Shown here: in pieces, positions 28,912 to 64,000 of the stretch
Layout of the letters: every line of letters starts with the position of its first letter
How positions within the stretch are numbered: the first letter of the stretch is position 1
NCBI RefSeq assembly: GCF_009914755.1
Contig: NC_060926.1
Strand: one strand, 5' to 3'
DNA from: the human T2T-CHM13v2.0 reference genome, Homo sapiens
DNA: 64,000 bases
The notes under the pieces: model-generated
Told to the model about the DNA's origin: nothing
The model's input: only the letters and a program-made list of their open reading frames with translations
The model's database searches: none
Translations under genes and position numbers: made by a program

Positions 28912-29623
28912 GGGAATACTGTGTGTCTGTCCTACATAAAGTGCTGTGGCCTTATTGTCTCACGAATGTCTTTTTCTCTGGGGGAAAACCATGGGGGGAG
29001 GGCTTCTTCTCCATGAGAGATAGGAACGCTGGTGTCTTAGCCTCTATTCCCCAGAAAGCAGATCTGATTTTAGATTTCATTATAGAGTGCAATTACAGCA
29101 AATAGAATGGGGGCCAAGGGAAGTAAGGCACAGAAGGAGGAAAAATTCACCCTAGAGAAAATGCAGCTGAATAAATGGCATCTCAGAACCATCCTTGGGT
29201 GAGTGGGCAGGTGAGGGCTGGGGGTGGGGTTTATGCACTGGCTCTATTCTTCCACTAGTTAAACTTTTGCCCCATCAAGCATTAATTCCCCTGCACTGGT
29301 GGATTGCACACACTTGGGCTGTAGAGTCATCAGGAAACCCTGGGCGAGGAGGAGGTGCTATTAAGTTGCACATATGTGAAGTCAGTGGAACCCCACATGG
29401 AGCTGCAACAAGAGCCCGGTGAGGCCAGGAGGATCCGAAGTGATCCTTAAAGTAATCTAGTGCCCACTAGCCCATCCTGCGATCTGGAGGCTTGTCTTCT
29501 CCAGGCAGGAGGTTGGGGTAATAGAGAGCCCTGACACTGGAGTTGGTTGAGGCAGAAGAGTGGTGCAGTGGCTGCCACACAGGGAGAATGGCTTGTAAGG
29601 GTAGGAGGCTTACCTCCCAGTAA

Positions 29624-34021
<4,398 letters not shown>

Positions 34022-36589
34022 TAGTTGGCATTTCTTTGTGGACAAAGGAAATTAAACCTTTGTCTGCTAGATGTGCTCCATATAATTTCCCTCAGTTGTC
34101 ATTTGTCTATGTCCTATCCCCTTGAGCACAGAGATTGGAATTTAAACTTTTTTATATTCTTTTTCTTAATATAACAAGACATACACGGTAGGTGCTAGAC
34201 AAATGTCTGTTGGCACAGCAGAGTAAGAAGAAAAAGGCAGAGATCTGGAAAATTTGGAGTGACTTAACCCAACCACTCCTTCCTCTTATACCAAGTCTAA
34301 CCCTTAGTCTTTGTGTCAGTCAGGACTCTTATAAACAGCAGAAGCTAACTGGCAAATTGTTTCAAGTCCCCTGCCCCCAACAATTATAGAGATATCGGAT
34401 AGCACACAGAATCAATGCAAGGGCCAGCAAACAAGGGTCAGCAATCAGACAGGCACCTAGGGAAGCTGGGCAGCCAGTACCACAGTCAAGGTTGGGCACA
34501 GGACAGCCTGTGTAGGAGACTCCTGTCCCCTCCACCCTCCGCAGTGATCCTCCTACTCTCGTCCCTCACCTGCGGCAGTAGCGCTGACACTTCCTCCTCC
34601 AGACACTAGAGGCCGCTGTTGGCCCCATCGCCTCCACCGCCGCCGCAGAAATGAATTCCTAAACCAGCCTTGCTATTCCGTGACTTGCTCCAGATTCAAA
34701 GTCCCAGTTGGAGCATCCGATTGGCGGAGCTCATGTCTTCTGCCTGCAACCCCAGAGCCGAGTCAGGGAGAGCAAGCATTGGGGCTTTGTGGCAAATGGT
34801 GGCCTGCTTTCCATTAGGGCCCTTGCGATGGGAATTCCCCAAATGTAGGCAGGAGGTTCTGATGGTGGGCAGCCAGGAAACCAGGACACTCACACCACCT
34901 TCTTCTCTCACGTCCGCCTCAAACCCTTCTCGTTGGCGAAGTATTCCTGGGTCCCCCAGCCTAAAGCACTTTTCTGGACTCACATAACCATTATTGCTTG
35001 AGCCAATCACGATGCCAGCAGGACCGCAGTAACACCTAATTCGTACCATGTCTCATTTGACTTTCAAACAACCCTAGGCACTACCTATATTTAGTGAGAA
35101 AAAAAGAGTGCTCAGAGATTTTCCCAAGTCTCACAGTAATGCCAGGTTGTACTCTGTTTCCAAAGCCTCGGGTTTCCCAGCGGGCTACACTGATGGGCTG
35201 GTATCTTATCAAGTTCAAGCTCTGCAAAGGCAGGGCTTGGGCCACATTCTTCTTTATACGGCCTGGCAGCATCTTGAATGCAGAAAAATGCTCAGCTAAC
35301 GCCTTTGGATTGGCCTGGATGGGATCAAGCAGGAGCCAGTTCTGGAAGGTTTCCTAACTCTCCAATGAGGCCTGAACCCAGGGAGCATTTTGAAGTGGAA
35401 TAGGCCTACTCAGGATCAGTTTGGGAAGACTTGAACCTGGGGAATTCCGTTGTACGGCCCCCTTTACCTCACCTCCCCCAAATGTGTCAAAACTGTCAAC
35501 AAGAGGTTTGCAGGTGTTCATTATTTATTCATCCCACGGGTAGTTTTGAACCCCTACGACTGCTCTAATAGACCAGTGAGAAAAAACACACAATTCCTGT
35601 CCTGTGAAATCGACATTCTAGTGGGGGAGGTGAATGGTAATAAAAAATAATCAAACCAATAAATGCTAATTTGTGGCTCTAACAAGCCTGATGAAGGAAA
35701 TGCCACGAGATGCTGTAAAAGGCAGTTCTGACCTACTCAGGAAAGCCAGGGCAGCCTGCTGGGGGACCTGGGGCTGGAGCTGGGAGCTGAAGAAGGGGGA
35801 GGAGTTAGAACCGTGGTGGGGGGAGGGAGGGAAGAGTCTGAGTCCTCGAGGTGGGTGAGTAAGCATGGATCATCGCTCATGTTTATAAGAAAGTGACAGA
35901 GGAACCTGGGGGCCGAGCGGCTTGTTTGTGGGCTGCCCCAGCCTCCGTGCGAGCGCTTCTCGCTTGGATGGAGGCGGGGCCGCAGTCTCCCAGGTCCCAG
36001 CTGGGGCTGACGTCGTCCTGGTGTGTGCCCAAAATAGCCGGCTCCGCCCTCTTCTCCCGGCAGCCCCTGCAGGCCCCCACCCCCCCAGGGGACAGGCGGA
36101 GCCGGCCTTCTCCCCGTCTCTAGTAGTTTCCGCACCGCTGACGCATGCCTGCGCGCACAGCTGGGCCGGGCGCGTCCTACGCAGCAGCCGCGAGCCGGGC
36201 TGCGGGTGCCAGACGGTTCCCGGCGGGGGGCAGGGGCGGGGCGCCGCAGGAGGCCGGGACTCCTGGCGGAGGAGGTGCGGCCGGGGGCCCGGGTCAGGCT
36301 GGGGGCCCTGGATCGGACTGCTGGAGTTGGGGGGCCCCGATAGGGCTCCTGGGCCTGGGCGTCGAGATAGCTCTTGGCCCCGGCCTGCGGGGGCAGATAA
36401 GGCTGCCGGAGGGAGCCTAGTCACCGGCCGCAAGCAGAGCCCGGTGTGCTCCGCTTCCAACTGGGAGCGCCTTCCGCCACCCGGGGAGGGGGACTGCTGC
36501 AGCCACAGGGTGGGGCTCTTGGTTCTTTCCGCCTGACTCCTTCTCTTCTGCAGCCCCAAGGAGGCCCGCCTGACGACTGACCAGTTGCC

Positions 36590-41743
<5,154 letters not shown>

Positions 41744-42742
41744 ACACCGGGCCCAACCTGATCTGATCCAGATCTTGACTGGGGGGTCTGACTCACTGTG
41801 GGAAGAGAAGAGGGGAGTATCCTGAGTTGTAGGAACTGCTTTCCAACTCCAAGCTCCCTCCACAAGTTTCCCTCCCAGGCCCCCCACACCCCAGTGTGGA
41901 CTTGGGATTTGCTGTGCTCAGCCCAGGGCTGATAGGTCCCTGGTGAAGCCCAGGGTGGGGGGTGTCAGGGCAGTGGAGGGGCCCGAGGAGCCAGGTTGCA
42001 TTTATTGGATGGGGAGCTCCAAGGGGCATTAGTGGTTTGGGCTGGGCCTTTTGTGCCCTGGTACTCTGCCACCTGTGTTGCTGATGGTGTCAAGGAAGGA
42101 GGACTTGGCCTAGGGTTGTCTGAGCCGGAGCCGGCAGCTCCACTGGAGAGCAGTGCAGGCAGAGTGGAGCCTCCTGCTCTCCTGGACCAGCTGCAGACCC
42201 CCAACCCTGGTTTCTGTGCCATGTTGCGCTCTGACCGTCTCTGTTGCTTCTCTTCTGGTGTTGCTTCTCCTCCCTCCCATTCTCTCTGCAACTCCCTGCG
42301 GGCCGCATCGCTTGCTTTCACTGCCGTCTGGCTAGGACTCCCTTCTTCCTTCCTTCCCCGAGAAGGCCTCAATGTGGCGAGGAAGATGCTGGGGCCGGTA
42401 GGGCTGTGAGATCTTCTGGGGAGGCTAGCCGGGTGGGGCGGGAGCCTCTCAGCTGTCCAGATTCAGAACTGGAGCCCACTCCTCCTCCCTCTCGTTGCCT
42501 CAGCCTGCCCTCACCCTCAGGACTAGGCAGAGGTGAGGCTGGCTCACCCTGAAGAGGTGGGATAGGACCGGGGGACCCCAGAGGGAGGCCTAGGAGGGGA
42601 CTGCACCCATACTGCTTCCCTACCACAAATCAGGGCTCAGGGAGAGGCCATGCGGCCAGCCCAGGTCTGCATGCTGAGCCCCATCCTCCACAGCTTGCCG
42701 CTGACGCTCTCTCCTGTCACCCCGCCCCTGCTCTCTCCCCAG

Positions 42743-42753
42743 ATGTGTTCTGA
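42743..42753 (+). CDS. DNAJB2: Alternative terminal coding segment of short isoform HSJ1a (donor after 41591; ...KKPADVF*, 277 aa)
   Basis: CAG|GTGGGC at 41591/41592 and ctctctccccag|AT GTG TTC TGA; total 834 nt. Confidence 0.93.
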
Positions 42754-43631
42754 GCTGGATGCCGGGTTCCAGAATCGCTGCACAGTTCCAACAGGACAGC
42801 GCCTTCCCCCATGCGCTGGGAGGGGACCCTCCATTTCTCCCCCTCACCCATGCTGAGTGTAGAGCCGGGGCCTGGGTGGCGGGTGGGGGCCGGGTGGGAG
42901 GTGGCAGTAGTCTTAGCCTGTGCACTCTCTTCCTTGGGTGTTTGGTGCTGGCTCCTGGGGACTACAAATCCCAGAGTGCGGTGTGCCCGGCCTCATTTCT
43001 GATAGATCCCGCTTGGGGGAGGTGGTGTATGGTTACGGAGCTGTGCATCTTGGGACATGTAGTAGCCCAGGTCGGCTTGTCACTCGCTGTGAGATGGGGA
43101 GATTTTGTCTTTTGATTTATCCCTGTAGGGCTGGCAGGGTTGTAGATGAAGGGGGAATGATCTGAGCCTTGGTTCCCCTGACACGTCTTGCTAGCCCCAG
43201 GGTTAGAGTGGGCAGGGCAGAGCCGCGCAGCACCTGGGAGCGGTACCTTTCCCTTGGGCAGCCTGGGGTCCCAGGAACAAGCCAGGGCGAGTGGCATGTC
43301 TGCCTGAGCAGGGTGTGGCCCCAGAAAGCTGAGGAGTGTGGGCTGGCAGAGAGCTTCGAGGGCAAGGCCACCCGCGGGGGCGTGTGTGTGGTGGGGCTTG
43401 GCATGTGATGGCAGCTCCAGGCATGCCGCTGCTTGTATGGCTTTCTTTGGCCTCTGACCCTGCTGCCCATTCTTTCCAACATCACAGATGAACTGCCTCT
43501 CCTCCTCCCTGCCTGGGGAGCCCAGTGGCCAGGGAGGGGAGTGGTGGAGCCAGTCGCTGTAACACTGAGCCTCAGAGACGAACCAAAACCAGCTGGGCTG
43601 AGCTCAGATCCAGGGGGAAATGCTGGAAGTC

Positions 43632-43637
43632 AATAAA
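43632..43637 (+). terminator. DNAJB2: Poly(A) signal AATAAA of DNAJB2
   Basis: AATAAA followed by GU-rich TGGTGGTGTGTTGTGTTCTT. Confidence 0.85.
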
Positions 43638-44187
43638 ACTGAGTTTTGAGAGCTTGGTGGTGTGTTGTGTTCTTGGGTTCCTACTTTCCGGGGTGGCCCA
43701 GGAGGGCCTCTAAGGGACAGTGGGTGACACCTCAGGCCTCACACCTCCCTTTATGCCCCTACAGCTAGAGGTGCAGGCCTTGCCAGTTGAAGGCAGAAAT
43801 GCCCTCTTTGACCAGGCTGCCCTCCCCAGGTATGTTATGGAACCCCAAGCAATGCTTCATTCTTTGCTTTCACCTCTTGGGGGCCTACAACTGGCTTTCC
43901 CTAGCAGCCGATGTTCCCCTTATGAGTGGCCTCACCCCCTAGTACTCCACAGCACAGCTAGGACCATACTCAAGTTAAGACTTAACTGAGGCTGGGCGCG
44001 GTGGCTCACGCCTATAATCTTAGCACTTTGGGAGGCTGAGGCGGGCAGATCACTTGAGGCCAGAAGTTTGAGACCAGCCTGGCCAACGTGGCAAAACCCC
44101 ATCTCTACTTAAAAAAATACCAAAAAAAAAACCCCCCAAAAAACAACAAAAACACAAAAAGCTGGATGTGGTGGTGGTGCATGTCTA

Positions 44188-44409
<222 letters not shown>

Positions 44410-44886
44410 CTAAGCCCCTGGGTAGGTTTCATTGGCTCAGCCCGAGGTGTGAGCCAGTGGCATGTGGTGTGGCATGAGTCCAGCCCACCCAGGGCCCAGG
44501 CCCCAAACTCATCAGGGCCCACGGAAGAAAAAGCCAGGTACCCCTTCCCTTTCATCTCTAGCCGCTGTGCTGGGACAAGCACCTTTCCGTTGTCAGGCAG
44601 GGCCAGGTGGCTCCCCAGGCCTCTCTTCTATTCCAGGACAGGCTCTTGCTTCACCGTCAATCACCAAAGGGCCTCTACTATATTTTTCTCAAAGTGAAGA
44701 AGCAGCCTACCCTGAAAGAGGAATTTCAAACCTCCATCCTGAGTCGGGTGGAAGTTTGCAAATGGCTGTTTCTTCTACGTCTGTCTAGCCCTTGAGATGG
44801 CTATCACTGACACTGAGCCTCAGCAGAGCGTGGGTGAGACAGCGGGAGGGCCTGTGGTCTGCTGGCGGGTCCCTTCACTCCTGCTC

Positions 44887-45105
44887 AGGGCAGATGGTGC
44901 TTGCCCTGTTTTTTAATTAAGGAGACTGAGTCTCAGCACAGGTAAGTAGCCCTAACTTCCAAGTAGCCCCAGGCCTAAGGCTCTTTTTGCCTTATTTCAT
45001 GTCCACCCCATTTGTCCAAGGACACCTCCTGACATGCAGGTGAGTGTGCCTTCTGGGACTATACAGGGTGGAGGGTTCTGGGAGCTGGGGTGAGACAGAA
45101 AGTGT
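44887..45105 (+). pseudogene. Degenerate duplicated fragment of DNAJB2 (intron 8 piece fused to an exon 7/intron 7 piece)
   Basis: CCCTAACTTCCAAGTAGCCC is shared with 40602-40621. TTTGTCCAAGGAC, GCAGGTGAG, CCTTCTGGG, GGAGCTG and AGAAAGT are collinear with 39960-40059. Confidence 0.75.
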
Positions 45106-45462
45106 CCTTTATCCCCAGGGGAACGCCTGTCCTAGCATCTCACAGGCCTAGCCTAGACTCACTGGCAGAGTTTTGCTATAGTTTTGCCTAAGGTGTGGCA
45201 GACACTTTGCTAATATCACTTTGTTCAGGCCTCACCTCAATCTGGCAGCAGAAGGGCACAAAGCAGCTGCCAAGAACTGAGAGGAGGCTAGGCGCGGTGG
45301 CTCACGCCTGTAATCCCAGCACTTTGGGAGGCCAAGGCGGGCAGATTGTCTGAAGCTCAGGAGTCCAGACCAGCCTGGGCAACATGGCGAAACCCCGTCT
45401 CTACTAAAAATATAAAAAATTAGCCGGGCTTGGTGGTGGGTGCCTGTAATCCTAGCTACTCA

Positions 45463-45844
<382 letters not shown>

Positions 45845-46405
45845 TAGTAGAGACAGGGTTTTGCCATGTTGGCCAGGCTGGTCTCGAACTCCTGACCTCA
45901 GGTGATATGCCTGCCTCAGCCACCCAAAGTGCTGGGATTACAGGCGCGAGCCACCATGGCCGGCTAATTTTGTATTTTTAGTAAAGACGGGATTTCTCCA
46001 TGTTGGCCAGGCTGGTCTCCAACTCCTGACATCAGGTGATCTGCCTGCCTCAGCCTCCCAAAGAGCTGGGATTACAGGCATGAGCCATTGCACCTTACAA
46101 TCTTACAAGTTGTGTTACGTGTTACCACAAGCAAGTTCTGTGCCTCAGTCTTTCCATCTGTAAAATGGGACTCATCATGTAAAGCACCTTGGAGACTGCT
46201 GGCTGCATAGGAAGCCTCGTTCTAACGTAGTGTTCCCACCTAGAAGGGCCTTACTGGCAGCTGGCGCTCTCCTGCTGTGCTCTCTGCACCTCCTGAGAGA
46301 CCAGCAGGGACCGGCTCCGGGCTGAGGCTGGGGCTGGAGTCCAGATGCACAGCGGACAGAAATGCGTAGGAGTCTGGGTTGCAGCTGCACAGACAACACA
46401 CTAAC

Positions 46406-46411
46406 TTTATT
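46406..46411 (-). terminator. PTPRN: Poly(A) signal AATAAA of PTPRN
   Basis: Plus-strand tttatt, 571 nt past the stop on minus, followed by GTTAGTGTGTTGTCTGTG. Confidence 0.85.
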
Positions 46412-46981
46412 CACACTGGTACAAAAGTAGTTTTTTCTAGAAATGTTCTCTTGCGCCAGAAGGAGAGAGGTTGAGCAGCGCATGGTGGGAGGGTGGTGGG
46501 AGGAGGCTGGGCGTGAGGCCAGGGAGGGCAGAGCGCCCAAGTGTGAGTCAGAGGCAGGCCCGGGGCTGAGAAGCAGGGGGAGCCGGGTGTGGCGACCCTC
46601 CACCCCATTCTTCCATACTGGAGCATAGGGGGACACACACAGATGTTCAGGGAACTCCCAGAACCCCAGGAGAGCTACAGGAGAGCCAGGCCAGGGAATG
46701 TAGGCAGGAGAAGGCTCTGGGTAGAATTGCTACCCATGTCCTTTCCTCTCCTCCTGGCTGCAGCACCCCCATGGGATGCCCTGGGCTCTGGGATGCCCCA
46801 GGCTCTGGCATGCGAGGCTGGGCAGGCGTGCCCCTTCTGGCTTTCCCTTCCTGACTCTTCTAGGAAGGGCTGAGCATGCCCAAGAGGTGGCTGGTGGGGC
46901 AGTGAGGAGTGGGTACACAGAGATGCTCACACAGGCAAAGAGGGACAGAGGCTGGGCTGCCCGCCAAGGGGCCCCAGGGTC

Positions 46982-60583
<13,602 letters not shown>

Positions 60584-60744
60584 CTGTCAGGAAAGAGGAC
60601 AGCGTAAGTTGGTTCAGGAGTCTGGGGATCCAGTAACGGGGACCACTGGGGATCAGAACTGTACCCTCTGCCCTGCAGCTCATGGGGTTTGTCAGAGTAG
60701 AGGGACAAACTCAGTGGGTGATCTGAGCTGTCTTCTTCCCACCC

Positions 60745-61210
60745 TCAGGTACAGCTATTGGAGCCAGACCACCTGGGTTTGAATCCTGCCTTTGCTACTG
60801 ATGAATTATGTAACCTTGGGCAAGTTGCTGAACCTCTCCAAGCCTCAATTCCCTCATCAATAAAATGGGGATTTATACCTCCTAGGATTGTTATTATCAT
60901 TAAAATAACACATATACATATCAAACGGTTAGAATAGTGCCTGTCATGTAGTGAACTTTTAACAAATGCTATTACCATAATTATTATTACTATTGTTATT
61001 ATTCTTTGTGTTGACCCTGAACCTCAACTTTCTCTGTTTGTAAAGTGGAAACGATACATATTTCAGGGGGCTGTTGTGAAGATCAAGTGTGATCAGGGAA
61101 ATCAAAGTGCTTAGAAAACTCTAAAGCATAATCCACATGTTTTAAACATGTATCATCATCTTCATTGTCGTCATCATCATCATCATCACCATTATCATCA
61201 TCATCTTATT
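60745..61210. mobile_element. MIR fragments plus a (CAT)n tract at about 61152-61205
   Basis: cctgggtttgaatcctgcc...accttgggcaagtt...aaaatggggat MIR core. Confidence 0.75.
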
Positions 61211-61379
61211 CATAGACAGCTCTCCTGTTTGACTCTTTCCCCCAAAAAAACTCTGCTCTCAGGAAAGTTCAGTCACTTATTCTAAAGGAATAATTTCCCA
61301 CTTTTCACCCTCATTTTTTCTTCTCTAGTTCTGGATTTAAAATCTGTGCTGCTCTTAACTTGTATTCTGGTATCTACCA

Positions 61380-63862
<2,483 letters not shown>

Positions 63863-64000
63863 AGGAATTGGGTGAGTGGAATATTATCCTGGCTGAGGAT
63901 TCCAGAGTTCTTGGCTCTGTAGCACTCAGACAATGCCAGTGAGAGGAACTGGTCCTAAGAAGATGGAAGCTGGCCTTTTCCAGTGACTTCTTCTTAGAAG

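Noticed and set aside
35737-36559. 130-230-aa ORFs at the DNAJB2 promoter (similar ones at 9800-11500)
   Set aside because: GC-rich CpG-island stop-codon depletion; no recognisable domain.
41793-43713. Overlapping 60-140-aa ORFs in the DNAJB2 3' region
   Set aside because: Present in several frames on both strands in GC-rich UTR; no motif or splice support.

Overview
Human (primate) genomic DNA, recognisable as the 2q35 cluster GLB1L-STK16-TUBA4A-TUBA4B-DNAJB2-PTPRN(MIR153-1). I rebuilt the spliced CDSs by hand from GT-AG boundaries, and the frames close: the 5' end of GLB1L (-), complete STK16 (+, 305 aa), complete TUBA4A (-, 448 aa), the decayed alpha-tubulin TUBA4B (+, rescued 241-aa ORF), complete DNAJB2 (+, 324/277-aa isoforms) and PTPRN exons 4-23 (-) with intronic MIR153-1. 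The rest is Alu-rich with MIR, L2, MaLR and DNA-transposon fossils; nearly all other ORFs in the track are Alu or low-complexity artefacts. The most notable signals not explained by the gene models are: (1) a 64-nt element in the last TUBA4B intron built from two inverted copies, giving crossing 25-bp and 40-bp helices, one of which covers the last 3' splice site; (2) evidence that TUBA4B is an old, tyrosine-tailed alpha-tubulin homogenised with TUBA4A by gene conversion and re-wired by splicing around its lesions; (3) a palindromic two-way poly(A) site shared by STK16 and TUBA4A; (4) a permuted relic duplicate of DNAJB2 exon 7/intron 8; (5) an LTR R-region-only retrocopy with a target-site duplication. 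Repeat subfamily names and repeat ends are by eye and approximate. I cannot verify that any finding is undescribed.
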